From contig NC_014537.1 in NCBI RefSeq assembly GCF_000148385.1, forward strand, positions 1,860,001 through 1,892,000: a stretch of 32,000 nucleotides of DNA, written 5' to 3'. The position numbers and the translations under genes were made by a program. The number at the start of each line of letters is the position of its first letter. Within the stretch, counting starts at the first letter, position 1. Shown in pieces: positions 8,949-17,877 of this stretch. Source of the DNA: Vulcanisaeta distributa DSM 14429 (lineage in GTDB: Archaea; Thermoproteota; Thermoprotei; Thermoproteales; Thermocladiaceae). The notes beneath the pieces were generated by a model that did not search any database, was not told the DNA's origin, and saw nothing but the letters and a program-made list of their open reading frames with translations.

Positions 8949-10355
8949 TTATTCAATAATTGGGTTGCCCTTATCATCCCTCTTCACTTTCTTCCTCGGA
9001 TAAATGGCGTCCGTCGGTCCTTTGCTAAATATCTCCAGATACTTCCTCAGGACTTTGGGTATTACCACTGTGCCATCCGGCTCTTGGTAATTCTCGAGTA
9101 TTGCCGTTATTGCCCTCGTACTGGCTATCGCCGTTGAGTTCAGGGTATGCACAAACTCCCTCCTCATGTCCCTCCTCAGGACTCTAATCCCAAGCTTTGC
9201 GGATTGCCAGTCAGTGCAGTTACTGCATGATACCATTTCCCTATACATCCCCTGGGCAGGCATCCAAACCTCGAGGTCATACTGCTTGGCGGCGCACCTA
9301 CCCATATCATGGGCACAAAGCACCACCACCCTGTATGGTAAGCCAAGGCCCTGCCACAACTCCTCAGCATTTCTTATCAATTCCTCATGCCACCTCCAAC
9401 TCTCCTCGGGTAGTGAAAACACGAATTGCTCAACCTTATGGAACTGGTGAACCCTGAAAATACCCTTCATATCCCTATTACCTGCGCTGGCCTCTCTCCT
9501 GAAGCTTGGTGATACTCCGACGAATAGTAGTGGTAATTGATCCTCAAGGAGCTCCATACGCCTTAAGTATGCGGCTATTGGGTGTTCAGCGGTACCAATT
9601 AGGTATAGGTCCTCATTCTCCACCTTATACACCATGTCCTTGAACGTCTCCATATCAAGGATCTCAGAGAGTACTTCGTATTTTAGCATGTATGGTGGAA
9701 GCACGAGTCTGAAGCCCTTCTTAGTCATATAATCAATGGCGTAAGCGATCAGTGCCATGTCGAGCATTACCAAGTCATCGAATAGGTAATAGAACCTAGA
9801 CCCAGCAACCTCACCTGCCTTAAGCGTATCACCCATGCCAAGCACAATCTCAAGCATGTCAGCATGCCCAATGGGCTTCCAATCAATGGTTTCATAAGGC
9901 ACGTTAAAACCAAAACGTTCTGTCTGATCCTTAAACTCCTTGATATGGCCGACCCATACCTTGGGTGTTCCGTAGAACCTAATGGGTATTGAGTCAACAC
10001 CCTCTGGGCAGTTATAGGGTACACTTTCATGGACAAGGTTTGGTATTGACCTTAATACCCTCTCCCTCTCCTTCTCAATGCTATCCAACTCCTTCTCCTT
10101 CTTCTGAATCTCACTTAATAATTCCTTAGCCTCCATTATCTTCTTCTCCCTCTCGGCACCACTTAGCTTGCTAACCTCCTTAGTGATCACATTATGCCTA
10201 TGCCTCAACTCATCAATCTCCGCCTTAAGGCTCCTCCACTTATTATCCAACTCAATGAATTTATCAACGATGCTAATGTCCATTCTCCTCTTCCTAAGTG
10301 AATCCCTAACAATGTCTGGTCTATTCCTCAATGCATCCAATAAACTCCAGCTCAT
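8949..10355 (-). CDS. serS: Seryl-tRNA synthetase
   Basis: N-terminal coiled-coil tRNA-binding arm, class II motifs (SPSFRREAS, GLGLPYRVV, NSTAIA.TR). 468 aa. Confidence 0.95.
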   Translation of the reverse strand: MSWSLLDALRNRPDIVRDSLRKRRMDISIVDKFIELDNKWRSLKAEIDELRHRHNVITKEVSKLSGAEREKKIMEAKELLSEIQKKEKELDSIEKERERVLRSIPNLVHESVPYNCPEGVDSIPIRFYGTPKVWVGHIKEFKDQTERFGFNVPYETIDWKPIGHADMLEIVLGMGDTLKAGEVAGSRFYYLFDDLVMLDMALIAYAIDYMTKKGFRLVLPPYMLKYEVLSEILDMETFKDMVYKVENEDLYLIGTAEHPIAAYLRRMELLEDQLPLLFVGVSPSFRREASAGNRDMKGIFRVHQFHKVEQFVFSLPEESWRWHEELIRNAEELWQGLGLPYRVVVLCAHDMGRCAAKQYDLEVWMPAQGMYREMVSCSNCTDWQSAKLGIRVLRRDMRREFVHTLNSTAIASTRAITAILENYQEPDGTVVIPKVLRKYLEIFSKGPTDAIYPRKKVKRDDKGNPIIE

Positions 10356-10401
10356 TATTGCTCCTAGGATTTACACAATTATTAAATTTTATTTTAAAAC
10401 G

Positions 10402-11316
10402 TCACTTAAAAATCTCAGCCAGCTTAAGTATCAAATCCCACTGCCTATCTATCTTCTCCTCCATGACCTTAATATCCTCAGGCTTCAAGTGAGCGAACCT
10501 ACCCTGAATCTTCAGGTACTCCTCCAGTGGCCTCCTCCTTGATTTATCCTTGTACGGAAGACTTGGCGGACTAATGGTGAGCTTGCCCTGGTTGTACTCC
10601 CATAGAATCCAGGCGCCAGTCTCAACAGCAAGCCTTGCAGCTCTGATGGTATAGGCATCCTCCATGCGCCAACCCGGTGGACAGGGTGCATGTAGGTGTA
10701 TGAACTTGAACCCCTTAACCTGCATTGCCCTCCTAACCTTATCTATGAAGTCCATTGGGTATGCAATGCTTGCAGTGGCTACGTAGGGTACCTTATGCAT
10801 TAGCATTATCAGCGCTACGTCCTTCCTATCCTCAGTCTTACCCCTTGGCGATGTGGTTGTCCAGGCCATCCAGGGCGTTGTACCACTCGCCTGAATACCT
10901 GTGTTCATGTATGCCTCATTATCAGCCATTATGTAGAGTATATCCTCATTCCTATAAGCGGCACCACTTAATGTCGCAAATCCAATATCAGCCGTTGCAC
11001 CATCACCAGCCCAAACAACCACAGGGCCGTTATTACCCCTCTGCCTAACGGCCCTAGCTATACCACTCGCAACCGCGGGGCTTGACGCAAACGGTACGTG
11101 GAGTACAGGCACGGTATACGCAGTAAATGGCGCTGTACCCGGTATTATACTTGAGCACCCAGCCGGTATTACCATGGTGAACTTACCATCAAGCGCCATA
11201 GCCAGCTGCCTCATACCCACTTGTAATGGGCATCCAGGGCATGCCGCCGTCCCCGGCATTATGAATTTCGTTCTCCCATACTTGTGCAGTTCATTCATTG
11301 TGACCATGCCCATCAC
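10402..11316 (-). CDS. 2-oxoacid (pyruvate/2-ketoisovalerate):ferredoxin oxidoreductase, beta subunit
   Basis: CPGCP Fe-S motif, TPP-binding GDGATADIG. Overlaps the alpha-subunit stop by 4 nt. Confidence 0.9.
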   Translation of the reverse strand: MMGMVTMNELHKYGRTKFIMPGTAACPGCPLQVGMRQLAMALDGKFTMVIPAGCSSIIPGTAPFTAYTVPVLHVPFASSPAVASGIARAVRQRGNNGPVVVWAGDGATADIGFATLSGAAYRNEDILYIMADNEAYMNTGIQASGTTPWMAWTTTSPRGKTEDRKDVALIMLMHKVPYVATASIAYPMDFIDKVRRAMQVKGFKFIHLHAPCPPGWRMEDAYTIRAARLAVETGAWILWEYNQGKLTISPPSLPYKDKSRRRPLEEYLKIQGRFAHLKPEDIKVMEEKIDRQWDLILKLAEIFK

Positions 11317-12527
11317 CTCTCAATCTTCGGTATATACCAATACTTCCTAACCCTCACCAGGCCTTCGTGTTCTACCTTATTAATGAACTCCATCATTAAC
11401 GTCTTAAACTCATCAGGTGAGACGTCGAAACCACCAACCCCCGCTAATATGCCTTCAAACGATACGTTACTAGGCACAAAACCACTTACCTCACTTGCAA
11501 GAATTCCACCCATACCCGCTGAGTAGTCCCTGTCAAACACTATTACACCCTTCATGCCATTAATCCACCCAGTAATGTCTTCCTCAGGGAATGGCCTGAT
11601 ATACCTAATTCTTAATAAGCCAATGGGATATCCCTCATCCCTAAGCCTATCAACCGCAGTCATTATATCCCCACTCCACGCACCCATTGACACTGCCAAA
11701 TACTTAGCATCACTGCATCTATAACATTCAGTCAATGGCCCATACTTCCTACCGGTTAATTTACCATATTCATCATAGACATCCGCAATAACCTTCTTTG
11801 CGGACTCCATGGACTCATCCATGTACTTCTTGAGCAATGCATGGTAAACGTCATTACGGGGTAGATTACCCATTGTTATGGTCTCACCGCCAGGCTCAAT
11901 GACGTACGGGATTCTCGGGTTCCTAGGTGGTAACCAAGCATCTACGTCCTCCTGTGATGGGATATCGAGGGGCTCCGCAGTATGGCTAAGTATGAATCCA
12001 TCAAGCCCAACAGCGACTGGTAATAGCACTCTTTCATCCTCACTTATTCTAAATGCTGTCAATGTCATATCAAAGGCCTCCTGCACGTTCTGAGCCATAC
12101 CAATTATCCAACCACTATCCCTAATGGCTAGTAAATCCGTGTGCTCATCATGTATATTCCACGGCGGGCCAACAACCCTAGTAACCACGGCCATTACGAG
12201 TGGAACCCTTGAGGCTGCGGCCCACCAGAGCATTTCGTACATGTAGAATAGGCCGTGGCTTGAAGTTGCAGTAAAAGCCCTCGCGCCGCCCGCAGCCGCT
12301 CCATATACCGTAGCTAATGCGGCAAATTCGCTCTCGACCCTCACGTAATCAGCCCTCAACTCTCCTCTCTCAATCATCTCGCTAATTCTCTCAACAATTA
12401 ATGTCTGCGGTGTTATTGGATATGCCGATATCACGTTAACTCTAGCTAGTTTCACGGCCTCAGCAACCGCGTGATCGCCGACCAATACCTTCCTAACCTG
12501 TTTGGCGAGGGATATCTGCCTACTCAT
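11313..12527 (-). CDS. 2-oxoacid:ferredoxin oxidoreductase, alpha subunit
   Basis: 404 aa, GDHAVAEAVKLA...AYPITPQT motif typical of POR/VOR alpha. Confidence 0.9.
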   Translation of the reverse strand: MSRQISLAKQVRKVLVGDHAVAEAVKLARVNVISAYPITPQTLIVERISEMIERGELRADYVRVESEFAALATVYGAAAGGARAFTATSSHGLFYMYEMLWWAAASRVPLVMAVVTRVVGPPWNIHDEHTDLLAIRDSGWIIGMAQNVQEAFDMTLTAFRISEDERVLLPVAVGLDGFILSHTAEPLDIPSQEDVDAWLPPRNPRIPYVIEPGGETITMGNLPRNDVYHALLKKYMDESMESAKKVIADVYDEYGKLTGRKYGPLTECYRCSDAKYLAVSMGAWSGDIMTAVDRLRDEGYPIGLLRIRYIRPFPEEDITGWINGMKGVIVFDRDYSAGMGGILASEVSGFVPSNVSFEGILAGVGGFDVSPDEFKTLMMEFINKVEHEGLVRVRKYWYIPKIER

Positions 12528-12812
12528 TCACACCACCCCCTCCTTAACCATGTCAATGGCCTTGACCGGACAAACATCCGCGCAGATTCCACAGCCCTTG
12601 CAGTAGTTATAGTCAATCCTAACATTCTTATCCTCAAGCCACTCAATCACATTCTCAGGGCAATAAAGCCAGCAAATACCGCACTTAGTGCACTTAGAAT
12701 AATTAATCACGGGTCTATAAACACGCCACGTACCGGTCCTACCGCCAGCACCCTCGGCAGGCGTTGATAATAAGAGACCCCTTAATTTCTCGGCAACGCT
12801 CATCTCACTCAC
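12528..12812 (-). CDS. 2-oxoacid:ferredoxin oxidoreductase, delta subunit (2x[4Fe-4S] ferredoxin)
   Basis: CTKCGICWLYCP and CKGCGICADVCP motifs. 94 aa. Confidence 0.9.
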   Translation of the reverse strand: MSEMSVAEKLRGLLLSTPAEGAGGRTGTWRVYRPVINYSKCTKCGICWLYCPENVIEWLEDKNVRIDYNYCKGCGICADVCPVKAIDMVKEGVV

Positions 12813-13359
12813 CCCTGACTAGTTCATAACCCATCTTAACTGCCTCAGCATTCAATTTAACCAGGTTCTCTCTACCAACAAACTCAGGTAATGAGGCGAT
12901 GATTGAGTCAAGACTTACAACACCCGTTACCCTCGCAACGGCACCCAGTAATGGAGTACTCACTATGTGCCAACCAGCGATTACAAGCCCAAGCTTCTCA
13001 CTTATTGATGTTGCATCAACGTAGTAAGTTCTATACCCAGTCCTTATTGGTGATGGTGAATTAACGATAATTATGGAGTCCCTACTCTTCATAAGATCAT
13101 CCACATTCACCAAATCAAGAACACTCGAGACGAGAACCACCAATACATCAGCTCTCCTAACATTGCTGTGGAGAGGTACAGGTTTATCGGCAATCCTTGC
13201 GTAGGACTTAACAACGGCACCCCTACGCTCAGCACCAAACTCAGGGATTGCCTGACCCCACTTACCATCCTTAAGCGCGGCAGACACGAGGATCCTAGCG
13301 GCAGTAACACCCCCTTGCCCACCCCTACCTAAGATTATGAATTCAGTCACCTCGGCCAT
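12805..13359 (-). CDS. 2-oxoacid:ferredoxin oxidoreductase, gamma subunit
   Basis: ILGRGGQGGVTAARIL and PEFGAERRG motifs. First gene of a gamma-delta-alpha-beta operon. Confidence 0.9.
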   Translation of the reverse strand: MAEVTEFIILGRGGQGGVTAARILVSAALKDGKWGQAIPEFGAERRGAVVKSYARIADKPVPLHSNVRRADVLVVLVSSVLDLVNVDDLMKSRDSIIIVNSPSPIRTGYRTYYVDATSISEKLGLVIAGWHIVSTPLLGAVARVTGVVSLDSIIASLPEFVGRENLVKLNAEAVKMGYELVRGE

Positions 13360-13388
13360 ACTAACTCATGAACCGTAAGCACTAGGGC

Positions 13389-13397
13389 TTTATAAAT
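13389..13397 (-). promoter_or_regulatory. TATA-like box of the oxidoreductase operon
   Basis: tttataaat (minus strand ATTTATAAA) centred about 34 nt upstream of the gamma-subunit ATG (13357-13359). Confidence 0.45.
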
Positions 13398-13560
13398 GCT
13401 TCTGGTAGATTATTTATCTCTAAATGGTAAAAATAGTTAAATATAAATCCATAGGATTATTGAAATGACTTAATAAATAAGTTATGAAATACATAAAAAT
13501 CATCTGCCGCATTGTTTAAAAACATGCCTAAATTAATATAATGATACCATCAAAAGATAT

Positions 13561-13580
13561 TTTAATGATGCATCATTAAA
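13561..13580 (-). terminator. Perfect 20-bp palindrome TTTAATGATGCATCATTAAA, candidate terminator hairpin or operator
   Basis: Verified base by base as its own reverse complement. It lies 25-44 nt downstream of the YkgJ-like stop (13605) and is followed on the minus strand by ATATCTTTTG. The palindrome itself is certain. The terminator role is inferred. Confidence 0.4.
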
Positions 13581-13604
13581 GTATTATTTACTTAAGTAAA
13601 ATTG

Positions 13605-14069
13605 TTAAGTCCTAACGCCATACCTCAATCTAACCCATTGATTCGTTTGACGTGCCCTACCTATGAATAATGGCAGGTATTTTCCAAGTCTATTTATTTC
13701 ATTACGACCCACGGTATTCCATGCCGGGCATTCCTTATCGATATATGGGCCTTCAACATCATCGTAAACCAATGGATACAACCTACAGCCAATCGGTCTA
13801 TTCTCATATATAGTGCATTGCATGGTCTGTGGATTAAGGAAGACGCAATGTCCATCCACATTCCTTAACCGCCACATCTCACCATCAAATACTGCGAAGT
13901 CCGTGAGCCTATAACCAAGCTTAGTTATCCTCTCAATATCCTCGGGTAGAAGCTCCATTTGCGTATTTAGACAGCACTTACCGCACTTGGTGCAATTCAT
14001 TTTAACCTCGAAGAATTCAGGGTCGTCAAATACCGTGCCAAGCCTAATACGTATTTTAGCCATGATCAC
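13605..14069 (-). CDS. YkgJ/UPF0153 family cysteine-cluster protein (CxxCxxCC)
   Basis: CTKCGKCC motif plus downstream conserved Cys residues (HCVFL, QCTIY..RP..CR.YP). 4-nt overlap with the upstream gene. Confidence 0.75.
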   Translation of the reverse strand: MIMAKIRIRLGTVFDDPEFFEVKMNCTKCGKCCLNTQMELLPEDIERITKLGYRLTDFAVFDGEMWRLRNVDGHCVFLNPQTMQCTIYENRPIGCRLYPLVYDDVEGPYIDKECPAWNTVGRNEINRLGKYLPLFIGRARQTNQWVRLRYGVRT

Positions 14070-14368
14070 TTACTGACTCTCTCAACCTTATAAGCCATTG
14101 TAATTGCCTTATCCCTTCTATCGTCTATTCTAACCGTGGTCACAATCCTCTTAATGCCCACTTTATAGAGGGTGTCGTGGATATCCTGGAGTAATTTACC
14201 CAGCGCCTCAACGCTTGGGAGCTCGACTGACGTACCCATGGGGCCGATTTCGTACTTATAACCTGACCTCTTAATCACATCTATCGCGATTTTAATGTAA
14301 TCACCAACGCTTGGCGAGCTTGTTCCTATGGGGTCAACCGCTATTTCCACGATTACGCTCATACCCAC
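14066..14368 (-). CDS. MTH1187/YkoF-like (DUF77, thiamine-binding-fold) protein
   Basis: VEIAVDPIGTSSPSVGDYI...GPMGTSVE...RIDDRRDK matches the MTH1187 family pattern over its full 100 aa. Confidence 0.8.
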   Translation of the reverse strand: MGMSVIVEIAVDPIGTSSPSVGDYIKIAIDVIKRSGYKYEIGPMGTSVELPSVEALGKLLQDIHDTLYKVGIKRIVTTVRIDDRRDKAITMAYKVERVSK

Positions 14369-14421
14369 AATTGGAATTTAAGGTGGTTATTAAGACTTAC
14401 TTAAGGTGGGATTTACCTTTC

Positions 14422-16860
14422 TTAAACGTGGCTTCGCCTAAGTCTTAATGCGTTTAATGTTACCGTTGTGCTACTCAATGCCATTGCCAAGCCAGCCCAC
14501 TCAGGCCTTATGGTAAGTCCAGGCACGGCGCCAGCAGCTATTGGTATTAATACGGCATTATATATGAATGCATATAGTATATTAAACTTAATATTGCTTA
14601 GTATCTTTCTTGATAACTTAATGAAACTAAGTACCTTCGTTAAATCACTATCTAGCAATACCACATCTCCAGCGCTCTTTGCTATGTCCGTGCCTGTGCC
14701 CATGGCCATACCAATATCGGCGACTTTCAACGCCACCGCATCATTAACGCCATCACCAATCATGACAGTAATACCGAACTTATCCTTCAATTCCTTAACT
14801 ACCTCAGCCTTTTCATCGGGCGTTAACCCTGCATAGACATGCTCAATACCTAACTTCCTAGCCACCATTTTTGCCACCTCAGTCCTATCACCAGTGATAA
14901 TTACGGGCACCATACCTATACGCCTTAACTCATTAATTACCGCGGGAGCCTCAGGCCTTAAGGAATCACCAAGCACTATAGCTCCCAGCACCTCATTATT
15001 GATTATTACATAAACTACGGTATAACCATCACTCGCACTCTCACGGACCTTTCTTTCAATTTCCAAGTTAATTACCGCCTCAAATCCCTTAACTAACTTC
15101 TCATTACCAACACCTATCGTTAAGCCATTCCGCTGGGCGATAATGCCCATGCCCGGTATGGTATCATAATTATCCGCATCGGGGATTTCCCCATATACCT
15201 CTTTTGCCCTTTCAAGAATAGCCCTGGCTATTGGGTGTTCGGAACCCTTCTCCGCCACTGCCGCGTAGTAAAGGACCTTCTCATCACCAATTACTGAAAT
15301 AACCTCAAACCTACCCCGGGTTAGGGTGCCCGTCTTATCAAAGGCCACCGCCCTAATCCTCGGGCTGAGCTCTATTGCCCTTGAATCCCTGATTAAAATG
15401 CCATGTTTTAAGGCATTGTTTGTACCTGCCACCACACTTATTGGTGTGGCTAGACCGAGGGCACATGGGCATGCAATGACTAGTACGGAAGCCATGTGAA
15501 GTACTGCCACGTAAATTGGCGCGCCCAGTAGGTACCAAACGATGAAGGTTACTGCGCCAGCCGTTATTACGAGCCACGTGAAGTATGAGGCAACCCTATC
15601 CACGAGTGATTGTATAGGCAAACGAAGCGACTGAGCTTGCCTTGCCTGCTTAATCACCTGTGCAATAAAGGCGTACTCGCCACTCCTAGTTGCCCTAATC
15701 CTTAAGTAACCCTTCGTGAGCACCATGCCGGCTAGCACCAGGTCACCGACACCCTTATGCCTTGGCCTTGGCTCTCCGGTCATCACAGCCTCGTCCACGT
15801 AACCCTCACCACCATCCACATAACCATCCACTGGTATTACCTCACCTTCCTTAACAACCACAATATCACCAGGCTTAACCTCATTAATTGAGACCAAAGT
15901 CTCAATGCCACTCCTGACTACCCTGGCGCTCCTTGGGTAAAGCCTGGCTAATTCTCTCATTGTCGAGCCAACCCTAAGCTTAAGTCTCGTCTCCAGGTAA
16001 CGACCAATTAATATGAACGTGATTATCGCCGCGCTTGAGTCAAAAAATACGTCTCCACTAATCACATGAGTCAGTACTAGCACGCTGAATACGTATGCCG
16101 ACAAAGTACCTAACGTTACTAGGGTGTCCATATTTGCGGTGACATTTCTAAAGGCTCTGACGGCACCCCTAATGAAGCGCATCCCTGAGTAGAACTGGAC
16201 TGGGGTCGATAGGGCGAAGGAGGCAATGGCATATAGGGCACCTGGTATGATCCCCGCAATGCTTAGGGCTTCGAGTAAGAATATAAGGGCGGTTAAAGGA
16301 ATTGCCACAGTAAGCCTAGCCTTAATGTCCTTTAGGTCTGTCTCAACGGCCTTCCTATCAACGTCAAAGTCCTCAGTACCTCCCTTACTCACGCCAATTA
16401 CCTTAAAACCTGCGTTCTCAATGATTGCCCTAAGTCCACCCTCATCGATTTCCAATGGATTGTACGTAATAATTACTGTGTGATTAACGGGATTCGGAAC
16501 AACACTGAATACCCCTGGGGCATGTAGTGCCCTGACTATTGTATTGACTTCCTCAGGCTCAAGGCCCTTGAGCATGAATGTTAGTGTTTCCCTGTAGATA
16601 TCGTAACCAACCCCCTGCACAGCCTTTAGGGCCTTGGCATAGTCGAATACCGCTGGGTCAACTATCACGACCGCCTCATCATTGGCAAGACTGACGCTGG
16701 CCGATAGCACGCCATTAACTGATAATAACGCCTTTTGCACGGTCAGGGAGCAAGTCGCACAGTGCATTCCAATGATTTTAAAGTGGACCTCCCTACCATT
16801 ACTGAATCTAAGTCCAATACTCACCTTACTCATTTCATCATTAATACCCACCCAACTCAC
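14422..16860 (-). CDS. copA: Copper-translocating P1B-type ATPase
   Basis: N-terminal HMA domain GMHCATCS, TGEP, CPC (CPCALGLATP), DKTGT, GDGVND. GTG start abuts the YHS gene's stop. An alternative ATG start is at 16833. Confidence 0.95.
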   Translation of the reverse strand: MSWVGINDEMSKVSIGLRFSNGREVHFKIIGMHCATCSLTVQKALLSVNGVLSASVSLANDEAVVIVDPAVFDYAKALKAVQGVGYDIYRETLTFMLKGLEPEEVNTIVRALHAPGVFSVVPNPVNHTVIITYNPLEIDEGGLRAIIENAGFKVIGVSKGGTEDFDVDRKAVETDLKDIKARLTVAIPLTALIFLLEALSIAGIIPGALYAIASFALSTPVQFYSGMRFIRGAVRAFRNVTANMDTLVTLGTLSAYVFSVLVLTHVISGDVFFDSSAAIITFILIGRYLETRLKLRVGSTMRELARLYPRSARVVRSGIETLVSINEVKPGDIVVVKEGEVIPVDGYVDGGEGYVDEAVMTGEPRPRHKGVGDLVLAGMVLTKGYLRIRATRSGEYAFIAQVIKQARQAQSLRLPIQSLVDRVASYFTWLVITAGAVTFIVWYLLGAPIYVAVLHMASVLVIACPCALGLATPISVVAGTNNALKHGILIRDSRAIELSPRIRAVAFDKTGTLTRGRFEVISVIGDEKVLYYAAVAEKGSEHPIARAILERAKEVYGEIPDADNYDTIPGMGIIAQRNGLTIGVGNEKLVKGFEAVINLEIERKVRESASDGYTVVYVIINNEVLGAIVLGDSLRPEAPAVINELRRIGMVPVIITGDRTEVAKMVARKLGIEHVYAGLTPDEKAEVVKELKDKFGITVMIGDGVNDAVALKVADIGMAMGTGTDIAKSAGDVVLLDSDLTKVLSFIKLSRKILSNIKFNILYAFIYNAVLIPIAAGAVPGLTIRPEWAGLAMALSSTTVTLNALRLRRSHV

Positions 16861-17037
16861 CTAATGCTCATGCGGCATTCCCTGAGGGCCGTGCGTCAGG
16901 TAATACTCTGGGTTTGCCTCAAATGCCCGTTTACACATCAGCGAGCAGAAGTAATACACCTTACCCTTGTAGATGGTTTTATACTGCGTACTCGTATCAA
17001 CCTCCATACCACATACGGGATCTATAGCCTTACCCAT
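16861..17037 (-). CDS. copM: YHS/TRASH-domain small metal-binding protein (copper chaperone-like)
   Basis: DPVCGMEVD...YYFCSLMCKRAFEANPEYY is a YHS domain. I prefer the internal ATG (MGKAIDPVCGM, 17037) over the track start at 17058, because that would leave only 8 nt to the divergent gene. Confidence 0.75.
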   Translation of the reverse strand: MGKAIDPVCGMEVDTSTQYKTIYKGKVYYFCSLMCKRAFEANPEYYLTHGPQGMPHEH

Positions 17038-17102
17038 ACAAGTGTGCAGCCAATGCACTGAACTGTATGGTTTATCAAGAACAATTTGTTAACCATAGCT
17101 CA
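17038..17102. promoter_or_regulatory. Divergent cop promoter region
   Basis: 65-nt spacer between the preferred starts of the YHS gene and the regulator. It contains TTTATCAA / TTGATAAA (17071-17078), which can act as a TATA-like element in both directions. Confidence 0.35.
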
Positions 17103-17633
17103 ATGAGTAAAGAAACAACTGTTTCTAGATTCACGGATATTGAGATCAGAGTATTAAACGTACTTAGGGAGAATGCCAGGGCTAGTGTTTCAGAAATAGC
17201 CGAGAGACTCGGCGTGTCGAGGGTGACCGTGTATAGGGCATTAAGGTCGTTGATTAATAAGGGCATTAAATTCACGGTAGATGTACCGGAGAATTCGCCA
17301 AGGGCATTCATAATAACTAGGGAACCTCATGCGGACCTTGGTGACTGCTATAAATTGGTTGATGGTAGGTACATAGTGATTGTGAGGGCTAGGGACTTCA
17401 ATGAGTTGGTAACTATCATTGATGGGCTTAGGGATAAGGATGAGGTTTACATAGCGTTGAAACCCGTGAGTAAGCAGCTAATTAGTGTTGGTTTGGTGTG
17501 TGATTACTGTGGTGGGCCCATAACGGTGCCAATAATATACAGGAGGGGTAGGAGGACGTATTACCTATGCTGTGAGGCTTGTTTGAGGGAATTGAAGAAG
17601 AAATTGAGCAGGAGTAATAAAAATAAGGCCTAA
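17103..17633 (+). CDS. copR: Copper-responsive regulator, Lrp/AsnC-type HTH with C-terminal TRASH domain (CopR/CopT-like)
   Basis: HTH IRVLNVLRENARASVSEIAERLGVSRVTVYRALRSL and C-terminal CDYCGGPI...YYLCCEACLREL (TRASH). Same gene trio as the Sulfolobus cop locus. ATG at 17103 is preferred over 17067. Confidence 0.8.
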   Translation: MSKETTVSRFTDIEIRVLNVLRENARASVSEIAERLGVSRVTVYRALRSLINKGIKFTVDVPENSPRAFIITREPHADLGDCYKLVDGRYIVIVRARDFNELVTIIDGLRDKDEVYIALKPVSKQLISVGLVCDYCGGPITVPIIYRRGRRTYYLCCEACLRELKKKLSRSNKNKA

Positions 17634-17639
17634 CTCATC

Positions 17640-17846
17640 GTGACTTCTGTGTCATCTAGTGGGAATAGGTGTATTTTTTATCAGAGGACGTATGATGGCG
17701 AGCGTTGCATACTCATGCCACCTGAGGATTGGAGGGTCAGTAGGAGTAAGTTCATTAACTTTTGCCTAAATAGTGGCCGTGGGTGCCCTGTACTTAGTAG
17801 GTATTACTCAATGGTATCTAGGGGATCGGTTAAAGAGGAGAAATGA
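17640..17846 (+). CDS. Small hypothetical Cys-containing protein (68 aa)
   Basis: GTG start 6 nt after the copR stop. AGG-rich arginine codon usage matches neighbouring genes. Four Cys (C11, C23, C42, C49). No family recognised. Confidence 0.3.
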   Translation: MTSVSSSGNRCIFYQRTYDGERCILMPPEDWRVSRSKFINFCLNSGRGCPVLSRYYSMVSRGSVKEEK

Positions 17847-17877
17847 GTTTAATTTAAACATCATTGTTCAGCAGGAA

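Noticed and set aside
13107-13322. 71-aa minus-strand ORF overlapping the oxidoreductase gamma subunit in another frame
   Set aside because: It is embedded in a conserved CDS and has no independent signals. It is a typical alternative-frame artefact.
13360-13604. AT-rich 245-nt spacer as a replication origin, or its TGATG-containing palindrome as a C/D-box sRNA
   Set aside because: There are no repeated ORB-like elements and no adjacent cdc6/orc1 gene. The candidate C box is TGATGC, not TGATGA, and no CTGA D box occurs on either strand in the spacer.
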